Assembly: GCA_030390025.1 (NCBI GenBank)
Contig: CM059432.1
Location: 98,892,001 to 98,956,000 of the forward strand
From: Squalus acanthias
Lineage: Eukaryota
Direction: 5' to 3'
Length of the DNA stretch: 64,000 nt
Positions 35,222 to 46,646 of this stretch are shown here, piece after piece (the stretch's first letter is position 1; every line of letters begins with the position of its first letter). A program made the position numbers and the translations under genes. The notes under the pieces are model-generated. The model was not told where the DNA came from. It worked only from the letters and a program-made list of their open reading frames with translations, and searched no databases.

Positions 35222-36084
35222 AAAGAGCCTGCAAAGGGATATAGACAGGTTAAGTGAGTGAGCAATAAGGTGGCAGATGGAGTATAATGTGAGGTTGTTC
35301 ACTTTGGTAGGAAGAATAGAAAAACATAATATTTTTTAAATGGTGAGAAACTATTAAATGTTGGTATTCAGAGAGATTTAGGTGTCCTCATGCAGGAAAC
35401 ACAGAAAGTTAATATGCAAGTACAGCAACCAATTAGGAGGCAAATGGCATGTTGGCCTTTATTGCAAGGGAGTTGGAGTACAAGGGTAAGGAAGTCTTAC
35501 TACAATTGTACAGGGCTTTGGTGAGAACACACCTGGAGTACTGTGCACAGTTTTGGTCTCCTTATCTGAGAATTGATATACTTGCCTCAGAGGCCGTGCA
35601 ATGAAGGTTCACTAGATTGATTCCTGGGATGAGAGGGTTTTCCTATTAGGTGAGATTGAGTAGATTGGGCCTATACTCTCTATGGTTTAGAAGAATGAGA
35701 GGTGATCTCATTGAAACATATAAGATTCTGAAGGGGGTTGACAGAGTAAATGCTGAGAAGTTGTTTCCCCTGGCTGGAGAGTCTAGAACTAGGGGGCATA
35801 TTCTCAGGATAGTGGTCGGTCATTTAAGATTGAGATGAGGAGGAATTTCTTCACTCAGGGTTGTGAATCTTTGGAATTCTCTACCCCAAAGGGTTGTGGA
35901 TGCTGAATCGTTGAGTATATTCAAGGCTGAGATAGACAGATTTTTGGACGCTAGGGGAATCATGGGATATGGGGATCGGGCGGGAAAGTTGAATTGAGGT
36001 CGAAGATCAACCATGATCTTATTGAATGTCGGAGCAGGCTCAAGGGGCCGTATGGTCTGCTTCTGCTCCTAGTTCTTATGTTCT

Positions 36085-38560
36085 TAAGGACTCTCAGTAG
36101 GAGGACTTATCAACCTAGGGTCTTCTGAGCGCAATTCTCTTACCTCGTCCTGATTCAGGAGCAGTGTGTTAGCTGTCTGCGCTTTTCGAAGGAGGTGCTC
36201 ACAGAACTCTGCCATCTCTGCAGCCTCCAGTGAATGTAATCCCAATTCCACATTCACCAATAGTCCCACACCTCACCATCCCTCTGATACAGACCAACAC
36301 AGTGTCCTCTTGGCTACATTGCTGAAATGAAAGCCACCACAAAACAAACATTCCAATCCAAATATGTACATCAATCCATCCCTGTCTTCCATGGCCTTTA
36401 CCTGTCCTAGTGATCCTACCAAGTGCAACCCCAGTATCTGCATCCTAGCTGGGGGAAGGCTGCTGCCTTTCAATGTGGGAGACTGCAGATGGCCTTGCAG
36501 GAAGACATCGACAGCTCTGGGCCTGGAAGGCCCAGCTGTAGACTGCATGGGTGACAGCATTCTGGGCTGGCTGGCTGACAGGCAGCAGCAAGGGCACTGG
36601 CGGAGTGGCAGTGGTGGGAGGACGAATGCAGTCATCCCGAGAGAGGACAGCAGGTTAATGCTCCATGGAGCACGGCTGCTCCCCCGGGGCGGCGCCTCAG
36701 CAATCCTTGTAATCTCTTGGACAACAGATTGCTGGACTGCTGTGACACCCTGCAAACCCCTTTCAACACTGGTAAACGCAGCCATGATGGCAGCAGTTTG
36801 AGTTTGCGTGGCAGCAAACTGAGCCTGCAGGAGAGCAGCCTGAGCTTGCAACACTCAGACGTTGGGTCGCTTCCACCTGTGCTGCAATGGAAGCTGAGAC
36901 ATCGGCCATCAGACCCTGCATCATGGTTGGGTCCACAAGTGTGCTGATGGAGTTGGCCATCACTTCCATGCTGGAAATCATGGGCTCCAAATTCTGCGCA
37001 AAGCCCTGTGCAAGGTTGGTGCTGGACTCCTCCATGCTCCTTGATATTGCACTCAGGCTTTCTAGCAGATCTACCAGTGCATCAAGCATTTCATTGTGCA
37101 TACGCATCAGCCTTCTTCTGTAGGCCGCCCCATCGAAGTCCTCATCTGAGGTTTGTGCAGCAGAACTCATGTGCAACCTCATCCTCCAGAGAGCTGGCAT
37201 CTGCGTTACCCTTGCCCCATGCCCTGTCTGCAGCCCACTCATGCCCGGTATCGCACCACGTGCAGATTCCACACCTAGCCTATCGTCTAAAGTTCGAGTG
37301 TGAAATCAAGTGACACTGTGTCTTCAAGATCACTGTCTTCCTTCTCCTCCACCAAGGCATGGCCAGATTGCAGTTCTTGGCTATCTGAAAGGAGAAAGTC
37401 ACAAGGGTAAGGTTGTGGTGATGGGAGGTGGGGGAAGCAAGAGGTGCATGCTTATACCATGTGGAGCATGTAAATCAGAAGAGATTGTGGGATGAGGGGG
37501 AATCATGATGTGAGAAAGAGGAGTACGTATGAGCATACCTGCGTCTTGCGTTCTTTCAGCCCCATCGCTGGCCATGGGCTCAGCGATGGCCCTCCCAAGA
37601 ATTGCCAGCACCGTCTCCTCCATAGGGGTCAGGTTATGCAAATGCCACTGTCCCGCACCGGTTAGGTCCAGCTGGCATCGGTTGTAAGCCACCTTTTGCT
37701 GCAAGGGAAAGGGAAGTGTGTCAGTGAGTGTGGTGCAATGTGTTTGGAGATATGCCTGTCATGGTTGAATAGCTGACAGTGTGTGCAAGCTGTGAGATGT
37801 GGGTGTGAGGCTTGCAGCAATGGTAAGTGTGTGAGGGTGAGGTGAAGCTATGAATGTGAGGTATGAGTCGTGTTTGGTAGAGATTGTTGTTAGGTGACTG
37901 ATGGGGGTGTGGTGAATTGAGCAGTGTGTGAGGCTAGTGGTGCAGTTAGTGGGATATGGCATTTGAAGATAAATTAAGAAGATAAGAACATAAGAAATAG
38001 GAGCAGGAGTAGGCCATTCGGCCCATCGAGTCTTGACCTTGACCACTCGTGCTGTCATTAAACTTCTTCCTGCACTGCAGCCAGGTCCTCGGGGCTAAAC
38101 TGCTGGCATTGACAGCTATGGCTATCTACTCCCATTGGCATTTGCAATATTGCCTGGAGGCCTCCTTCCCCCTGTGGAAACAGGTCCTCTTTCCTCCTAT
38201 TCACCTCCAGTGTTGCTTCTGAAAACCTTGGTGGACGCTCTCTGCCCTGTTGTGCCATCATTAATTCTTGTGCCTACACACCCAGCCAGTTGAATGAGCT
38301 GCTGCAGGCAGAATGCACCTCCCCTTTAAGAGGTGCAGGCTGCCTTTAAGAAGTGCAAGCTACCTTTAATTGGTGCTGGCCTCGCAGGAGCTTGTGCCAC
38401 CTGCTGAGTGTTCAGCCAGTCAGCAGTGCATTCAGCGCTGGGCTGAACGCCGCAATCACGGTAATCAGCAGGCAGCACAAAGTTCACGTGCTGCCTGCAT
38501 TCCTTTGAATGAGTGTGGGATGATCGCACATCATGATTCCCGCACCCATTTTCAGGGGCA
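36085..38560 (-). mobile_element. Harbinger fragment with a decayed Myb/SANT-like gene
   Basis: MAQQGRERPPRFSEATLE at 38261; QKVAYNR...LTPMEETVL exon; SRSMEESSTN coiled-coil exon; small CR1 tail inserted at about 37975-38030. Confidence 0.78.
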
Positions 38561-39528
38561 AACCTATTTCTATGCCACCAAATTAGTAATTTTTTTTTGG
38601 AAATTGGATTTTGGCTTTGTACGGAAAGTTTATTTGTACTGAGACAGACTTTAATAGCAGGAAATGCATGGGTAGGTATGCAAAGTGGTTGGGATAATAT
38701 ATGGTGTTTGGAGCTCTGTTCAGAACATGCAGTCAGCAATGCTTGGAGTGACTTTTATTTTTAATTGACATTGTTGTGTATTAGTTGTTCCTGGATTTGT
38801 CTTCTTTCTCGCATCTCATGTGCATCTGACAGCTTTTCAGCCTGAGACTCTCTTTGTCCTCTTCTCATTCTCCTTTTCCATCTGCTACATGGTGATTTCT
38901 ATTTTTAAACCATAATTGTGAAGCATTCAGCTCATCACTATCTTTTTCATGCCTGTGATCAGCTCTATTTTTATTCTTGTGAAGGCATTATATTTTCTGG
39001 TTAATGGATTTTGGACTGGCACCGTGAGCCACAGCTCACGAGGGAATCCATGGCCCCCCAGGATTCATTTGTCTGGTCTTAACATTCCCTTAACTGGAAT
39101 TTCTTGGAAACTTGCGTCAAAATAACGGAATAAGTACAGTGCAATAACAATTTTCAGCACAGAAGATTGAGTGCATTCGTGCTTAAGTGGCTTAGGATGG
39201 TTTTTATGCTACACTTCAATTTTTTGCGTCAATTCAGCAAAATCTCTGCCAAGACCCTCTGCCGTTCATTAACATAACGAAGACCAGAGTCTACTGCATT
39301 TACTCCAGTTCTGAACAGGCTCTAAGTTTAGTCAAAAAATTGTAGGCGCACCAGGACCCAAAGTCGGAAATCTGTCTTTTCTGATGATTTTTTAAAGCAA
39401 TTTTTAAACATTTCTCCTCACTTACAGCCTCCACTATATTGTTGCATCTTTGAATGCATTTTCATGGCATCAAAATGAGTTACATTAAAAATGGAAAAGC
39501 TTCCACAACAGTGTTTTCTTAAACATGA

Positions 39529-40700
39529 TGGCCCAGAGTTTCCGCTAGTCGCCTAAAATCCATCGAACCAACTTCAAAGATCGAGGAATTTTAAGCGCAT
39601 TTTACAGCGAGAGTAAATCGAGTTTCCACGATTTTTAATGTTGCATTAAAAAAACATTGTGCTGGAAGCCAGCCCCGCCCACAAAAATGGCCATGCCCCC
39701 AGATAGAAATAATCAGCATGGCGAGTTTCCGGCGAATGCGGCCATTTGTGGCCATTCAAGAAGGCTCTTCAAATTAAGCTAATTTTTTTTAGGCGCAATG
39801 GCACTAGTAGGCACGTTTTATAAGTTTTTAATATTTAAATATATTTAATTTACTAAGGGGGAAAAATTCGGTTGGTTAGCACCTCCTATTAGCGCCTCTG
39901 GGGGGGCGCTAGGAACTTTGCGCCCTGAGCGCGACGATTTTAGCGCCGCTCACGAAATTGACCAGTCATTTTGCGGGGGCGCTAAACACTACTGCCATGA
40001 TCTCCTGCGCCCGCAGATCATGACGTCAGTCAAGCGTGCAATGCCCCGGTAGCGCCCCAGACCGAATACTGAGTCATGCCTCCTACCTTAGCGCCTGCCA
40101 CTAGGAACGACAGGTAGAGGGGAACGTTTTCAAGTCGGGAAGGGGCTGGGGGAGTGCTATTTAAAGGCGGGCGCTTCCTGCTTTTTCTTGTCGGCAAAAT
40201 TTTTGGTTTTAACGCTGTCCTAAGGTGTTTTGGCCCTCAGTACCACTTTTGAGGTTCCTAAGCATTGAGCTCTTTCCCTGGGCCTATCCTTAGTGCTTCC
40301 AACACAATTGCTTTTGAGCTCTCTTCAGGCCGAGATTCAAGGCTGCAATGAGCAGGGAGTGGCTAGCCAGCAAGATGGCCCCTCCCCTTTAAGAACTGGA
40401 TGGCGCTAGGCTGTCTGGATTCCATGGTAACTGGCATCGCCTGAGCTTCGGTAGCGTTCTGAGGTAGCGCCTCACTCCCTGATGTTTGCGCCTTAAGAGA
40501 GGTGTGTAGCGCCTGATTTAGCGCTCAAAAACACTTCCGGGGGGCGATAGAGGTGAATTTTGCAGTCAGAGGCGATAATAATCACGGGGTGCTAATTTTT
40601 CCCCCTAAGAAACTGACTAGTGTACACCAATGAAACTAGTAAATGATTAAGTATAGTTTTTAAAGTCATTTTCAATTATTTAAAATCAAGCTACTCACAG
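39529..40700 (+). mobile_element. Non-autonomous DNA-transposon-like repeat (host of the nested MITE)
   Basis: Both flanks of the nested MITE match the reverse complement of 62780-63203. Confidence 0.7.
39857..40605. mobile_element. Harbinger/Tourist-type MITE (749 bp)
   Basis: Perfect 12-bp TIR GGGGGAAAAATT / AATTTTTCCCCC with TAA TSD. Confidence 0.9.
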
Positions 40701-40714
40701 GTTTTTTTTAATCT

Positions 40715-41298
40715 GTTTATGGGATGCGGGCATCCCTGGCAAGGCCAGCATTTAATGCCCATCCCTAATTGCCCTTGAGAAGGTGGTGGTGAGCTGCCTT
40801 CTTGAACCGCTGCAGTCCGTGTGGTGAAGGTACTCCCACAGTGCTGTTAGGGAGGGAGTTCCAGGATTTTGACGATGAAGGATCGGTGATATACTTCTAG
40901 GTCAGGATGGCGTGTGACTTGCAGGGGAACTTGGAGGTGATGGTGTTCCCGTACGCCTGCTGCCCTTGTCCTTCCAGGTGGACGTAGTCGTGGGTTTGGG
41001 AAGTGCTGCCGAAGAAGCCTTGGCGAGTTGCTGCAGTGCATCTTGTAGATGGTACACACTGCAACCACAGTGCGCAGGTGGTGGAGGGAGTGAATGTTTA
41101 AGGTGGTGGATGGGGTGCCAATCAAGCGTGCTGCTTTGTCCTGGATGGTGTCGAGCTTCTTGAGTGTTGTTGGAGCTGCACTCATCCAGGCAAGTGGAGA
41201 GTATTCCATCCCACTCCTAACTTGTGCCTCATAGATGGTGGAAAGGCTTTGGGGAGTCAGGAGGTGAGAAACTCACCGCAGAATACCTAGCCTCTGAC
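40715..41298 (-). mobile_element. Non-LTR retrotransposon 3' end (same family as 15205-15900)
   Basis: MEYSPLAWMSAAPTTLKKLDTIQDKAARLIG. Confidence 0.8.
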
Positions 41299-41722
41299 CT
41301 ATATAAGAACACAAGAAATAGGAGCAGGAGTAGGCCATTTGGCCCTTCGAGCCTGCTCCGCCACTCAATAAGATCATGGCTGATCTTCTACCACATCTCC
41401 ACTTTCCCAAACTATCCCCATATCCCTTGAATCACTTAATATTTGAAAATTTATCGATCTCTGTCTTGAATATACTCAACGACTAAGCCTCTACAACCCT
41501 CTGGGATAGAGAATTCCAAAGATTCACCACCCTTTGAGTGAAGAAATTTCTCCTCTTCTCAGTCCTAAATGGCCAACCCCTTATTCTGAGACTGTGACCC
41601 CCTGGTTCTAGGCTCCCCAGCCAGGGGAAACAACCTCCCTGCATCTACCCTGTCAAGCCCTGTAAGAATTTTGTATGTTTCAATGAGATCACCTCTCATT
41701 CTTCTAAACTCTAGAGAATATA

Positions 41723-42015
41723 AAAATGAGAAGTCGCACAACACCAGGTTATAGTCCAACAGATTTATTTAAAATCTCATTGTCTTGGCTGTGCTCTTGG
41801 TGTGTCTTTGATGTAAGGAAAGATTGTATCTCTGCATTTTCTGTGTTTATATTCTGTGAACTTTTGTAGATTCACTCATTGTAACTTTACCTGAAGAAGG
41901 GGCGATCAATAGCTCCGAAAGCTTGTAATTTTAAATAAATCTGTTGAACTATAACCTGGTGTTGAACGACTTCTCATTTTTGTCCACCCCAGTCCAACGC
42001 CGGCATCTCCGCATC
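41723..42015. mobile_element. Penelope-like element remnant with inverted pLTR ends
   Basis: Inverted GAGAAGTCGCACAACACCAGGTTATAGTCCAACAG repeat; TSD of about 12 bp (CTAGAGAATATA). Confidence 0.8.
41887..41928 (+). ncRNA. Minimal hammerhead ribozyme motif
   Basis: TTAC-CTGAAGA-AGGGGC...GCTCC-GAAA-GC-TT-GTAA. Confidence 0.75.
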
Positions 42016-42984
42016 TAGAGAATATAGGCCTAGTCTACTCAATCTTTCCTCATAGGACAATCTCCCCATCCCAGGAACCAGTCTGATGAACCTTCATTGT
42101 ACTCCCTCTATGGCAAGTGTATCCTTCCTTACGTAAGGAGACCAAAACTACACACAATTCTCCAGGTGTGGTCTCAACAGGGCCCTATATAATTGCAGTA
42201 AGACTTCTTTACTCTTATACTCAAACCTTCTTGTAATAAAGGCCAACATACCATTTGTTTTCCATTTTGCTTGCTGTACCTGCATGTTAACTTTCAGTGA
42301 TTCATGTACAAGGACACCCAGGTCCCTCTGAACACCAACATTTCCCAATCTCTCACTATTTAAAAAATACTCTGCTTTTCTATTTTTCTTACCAAAGTGG
42401 ATAACTTCAGATTTCTCGACATTATATTCCATTTGCCATGTTCCTGCTCACTCACTTAGCCTGTCTATATCCCCTTGAAGGCTCCTTACATCCTCCTCAC
42501 AACTTACATTCCCACCCTGCTTTGTATCATCAGCAAACTTGGATATTACATTTGGTTCCCTCATCCAAATCATTGATGTAGATTGTGAATAGCTGAGGCC
42601 CAAGCACTGATCCTTGCAGTACCCCACTAGTACAGCCTGCCAACCCGAAAATGAACTGTTTATTCCTACTCTCTGTTTTCTGTCCGTTAACCAATCCTCA
42701 ATCCATGCTAGTCTATTACCCCCATCCCGTGAGCCCTAATTTTGTTTAATAACCTCTTGTGTGGCACCTTATCGAAAGCCTTCTGAAAATTCAAATACGC
42801 CACATCCACTGGTTCTCCCTCATCTATTCTGCTAGTTACAACCTCAAAAAACTCTAACAGATTTGTCAAACACGATTTCCCTTTCATAAATCTGTGTTGA
42901 CTCTGCCCAATCCTATTATTATTTTCTAAGTGCCCTGTTACCACGTCCTTAATAATAGATCACTAGAAGGAGACACACTATAAG

Positions 42985-43250
42985 GAGGTCGGGACCCAGG
43001 AGTGAGGACGGGGCCCAGGAGCGAGGTCGAGGCCCAGGAGCGAGGTCGGGACCCAGGGGCGAGGACAAGGCCCAGGGGCGAAGATGGGGCCCAGAAGCGA
43101 GGTCGAGGCCCAGGAGTGAGAACTGGGCCCAGGAGCGAGGACGGGACCCAGGAGCGAGATCGAGGCCCAGGAGCGAGGTCGGGACCCAGGAGCAAGGACG
43201 AGGCCCAGGAGCAAGGACGAGTCCAGCAGCAAGGTCAAGGCCCAGGAGTG
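42985..43250. repeat. GC-rich tandem repeat of about 18-19 bp (GGCCCAGGAGCGAGGTCG-like), upstream of an RTE
   Basis: About 14 degenerate units are visible. Confidence 0.85.
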
Positions 43251-43479
43251 GCGTAGCGTGGACCAGCAGTGGGTTCGGGAGGACCACACTGCAGCCTATG
43301 AAATCCAGGCAGAGAGGACCTGCGGTAAGGAAGGAGGAGGACAGTAGGAGTATGTTTGTGTGTTTGTGCTAGGCCGATGTAGCAGAGCCTGGTCTCCAAT
43401 CATCTTGGATCCCCTTGCCATTGGACCAAAGTGAGAAGTCGCACAACACCAGGTTATAGTCCAACAGTTTTATTTGAAA

Positions 43480-43517
43480 TCACAAGCTTTCGGAGCTGCT
43501 GCCCCTTCGTCAGGTGA
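43480..43517 (-). ncRNA. Minimal hammerhead ribozyme motif
   Basis: Reverse complement reads TCAC-CTGACGA-AGGGGCAGCAGCTCC-GAAA-GC-TT-GTGA. Confidence 0.75.
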
Positions 43518-43940
43518 AGTGAAGGAATACGAATCGGCAAAGTATATATAGACAGAGAACAATGCCTGTGCAGCGTACAATGTCAGACGACTACAGTTAA
43601 TCTTTCTGACTGCCTTTTATCACACCTCGGCAGAGAAACAATCAGGTCAGTCAGGAAGACGTTATATCAAAGACATAGCAAGATACAACTAAGACAATGA
43701 GGTGGGGTCACAGGGGGTCTAATGTGTCAAATGCAGTCTGTATGGAAAACCATAAACTTTAAACTTTTTACTTTTTTTTACTGGAAATCACATCTGTGAA
43801 CAAGCCAACGACGACTCGAGTCTGGATGACTCTACGTCATGTAGCGTGACATGAACCCAAGATCCCGGTTGAGGCCGTCCTCATGGGTGCTGAACTTGTT
43901 CTCTGTCTATATATGCTTTGCCGATTCGTATTCCTTCACT

Positions 43941-43978
43941 TCACCTGACGAAGGGGCAGCAGCTCTGAAAGCTTGTGA
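43941..43978 (+). ncRNA. Minimal hammerhead ribozyme motif
   Basis: TCAC-CTGACGA-AGGGGCAGCAGCTCT-GAAA-GC-TT-GTGA. Confidence 0.72.
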
Positions 43979-44647
43979 TTTAAAATAAAACTGTTGGACT
44001 ATAACATGGTGTTGTGCGACTTCTCACTTTTGTCCACCCCAGTCCAACACCGGCATCTCCGCATCATTGGACCAAGACCTTGCTCTGTCAAGCCCGTGTG
44101 GTAGCTGGTGTACAACGGCCACCCCACGTTAAAAGAATTCACGCACAGGCATCTTCCACCCCTTTAAAATGAAGTTCGGGACCTGGATCATCAGGACCCT
44201 CATGGACAACCCCAACAGCGACAGACCGGAACGCCATTCTGCTATTGTTGCCCGGGAGCTCAGACGTTTCGACATAGACATCGCCGCCCCAAGCGAGACC
44301 TCGCGGGCAGGGGAAGGCCAGCTCAAGGAGCAAGGCGCTGGTTACACCTTCTTCTGGAAAGGCAAACCTGAAGAAGAACGCCGCCTCCATGGGGTAGGCT
44401 TTGCCATAAAAAATGAGCTAGTTGAACGTCTCAGAGACTCCCCTTGTGGAATAAACGAACGCCTCATGACTCTATGGCTCACCCTAGCCCGAAACCAGTG
44501 CGCTATGGTCATCAGTGCATATGCCCCAACACTGGAAGCCACAGACGAGACCAAAGAGGAATTCTACTCCAGCCTTGAACAATCCCTGTTCCGAGTCCCA
44601 ACGGGCAACAAGCTGATCCTCCTTGGCGACTTTAACGCCAGAGTTGG

Positions 44648-46040
44648 TGTGCCTATCCTGCCAATGGATTTGCAGGATCTTGCGGAGGCAGCGTTGGTGG
44701 TACCTCTCCAGTGCTTTGAGGTGCCCGCTGTACATGGTCCATGTCTCTGAAGCATACAGGAGGGCGGGTATCACTGCTGGTCTGTCGACCATGAGCTTGG
44801 TGCTGGGTTTGAGGTCCTGGTCTTCAAACACTCTCTTCCTCAGGTGACTGAAGGCTGCACTGGCACACTGAAGGCGGTGTTGGACTTCGTCATCGACATC
44901 TGCCCTTGTTGACAGTAGGCTCCCGAGGTATGGAAAGTTGTCCACGTTGTCCAAGGCCTCGTCATGGATTTTGATAATCAGGGAGCAGTACTGTGTGGCG
45001 GGGGCGGGTTGGTAGAGGACCTTTGTTTTACAGATGTTTAGTGTAAGGCCCATGCTCTCGTACACTTCGGTGAAGGTGTTGACGATGGTTTGGATTTTGA
45101 CCTCAGAGTGTGCGCCGACGCAAGCATCGTCTGCATAATCTAATTCGATGACAGAGGATGGGACGACCTTGGATCTGGACTGGAGGCGACGGAGGTTGAA
45201 CAGTTTCCTGTTTGTTCTGTAGATTAGCTCCACTCCAGCGGGGAGCTTACTGAGGATGAGATGGAGCATTGCAGCCAGGAAGATCGAGAAGAGCGTTGGT
45301 GCGATGACACAGCCTTGCTTGACCCTGGTCCATATGTGAATTGGGTCTGTGCTGAATTCGTTGGTCAGGATTACGTCTTGCATGTCGTCGTGAAGCAGGC
45401 AGAGGATGGTGACAAACTTTTGAGGGCAGCCGAATTTGAGGAGGACACTCAATAATCCCTCAAGGTTGATGGTGTCGAAGGCCTTTGTGAGTTCAAAGAA
45501 GGCCATGTACAGCGGTTGGTGCTGTTCCCTGCATTTCTCTTGTAGCTGATGCACGGTGAAGATCATGTCCATTGTGCCCCTTAGTGGGCAGAATCTGCAT
45601 TGCGACTCTGGGAGGAGCTCTTCAGCCACTGGGAGAAGGTGATTGAGGAGGATTCTTGCGATGACTTTCCCTGTGGCAGACAGCAGGGAGACTGCTCTGT
45701 AATTACCGCAATCGGACTTGTCACCTTTCTTGAAGATGGTCATGATTACGGCATCTCTGAGATCCCCTGGCATACTCGCCTCCTTCCAGATAAGAGAAAT
45801 GAGTTCATGTATTCACGCCAATAGTGCTTCTCCACCATGTTTTAGTGCCTCGGCAGGGATTCCATCTGCTCCTGAGGTCTTGTTGTTCTTCAGTTGTCGG
45901 ATGGCCTTTTCAACCTCATGCCGGGCTGGGGTTGTGCTGAGGTGGTGGCGGGTAGCATGCTGCAGGATGGAGTTGAGGACACTCGCGTCGAAAACAGAGT
46001 CTCGGTTAAGGAGATCTTAGAAGTGCTCCTTCCAGCAGGA
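44648..46040 (-). mobile_element. RTE LINE reverse-transcriptase region, inverted relative to the adjacent 5' part
   Basis: CGNYRAVSLL, KAFDTIN, VKQGCVIAPTLF, LDYADD, FPYLGS. Confidence 0.9.
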
Positions 46041-46646
46041 GCCAGAAATTATACTGTGTGTCTCCCCAGCACGCCTTTGACTATTAGCAGAATGGCAGCT
46101 AGATAATCCCATTCAATAAGCAGGAAGTAATCTATATACCATGAGTAAACTTCATCAATTCTGCAACAACAGCATGTTTCATATCATCACATCTTTATGT
46201 GTTACAATTTCCACCTTTGGTAATTGCTGTTTTCTGAGAGGATAAAATGAGACTAAAATGCTGATACGGGCATCAAAGCCTGAAATATCTGCTCTTGCAA
46301 AATAAAGGGATACAGTTTTAACCGCAACACAAGAGTGAGAATATTCACAACCCTACAGCCCTCCATAATGAATATTTGTGTAGCAATAACAGGCTGTGCA
46401 CTGATACATTAAATTGTTTATGCAAGACATATTGGTTGAATTTAAAACCATAATAAAACACAATTGTGCACTTCCAGCTTTTCCTACCTAGAAACTGTGC
46501 AAGTTTTCCCTCATAAGCCTTTTTGGGGCAACATAAACTATACTGGTTTCTCTGAAAAATTAATCTGAAGGCAAAATTGTTAGGGCGATGCAGAAAGAGC
46601 AGGGGAGTGCAACTAATAGGATAGCTCTTTCAAAGAGCCGGGACAG

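Larger units (their letters stand above)
31836..36083 (+). mobile_element. CR1 LINE 3' half, interrupted by a Harbinger element
   Basis: [27 protein letters not shown]; resumes at 35222 and ends in a TTCTTATG-type tail. Confidence 0.88.
41302..42960 (-). mobile_element. CR1 LINE 3' half, interrupted by a Penelope-like fragment
   Basis: GKSCLTNLLEFFE, FQKAFDKVPH, LYRALLRPHLE, RRMRGDLIETYKI. Confidence 0.88.
43430..44064 (-). mobile_element. Penelope-like element 3' fragment with inverted pLTR
   Basis: The minus strand encodes FSTHEDGLNRDLGFMSRYM* (GIY-YIG ORF C-terminus type); inverted arms of about 130 bp; TSD CATTGGACCAA. Confidence 0.85.
43320..44647 (+). mobile_element. RTE LINE 5' UTR and APE endonuclease
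   Basis: MKFGTW.IRTLMD...DIAA.SET...GVGFAIK...ISAYAPT...ILLGDFNARVG. Confidence 0.88.

Noticed and set aside
42985..43250. Regularly spaced repeats resembling a CRISPR array, with associated ORFs
   Set aside because: Head-to-tail degenerate tandem units with no unique spacers; eukaryotic context, no cas genes.
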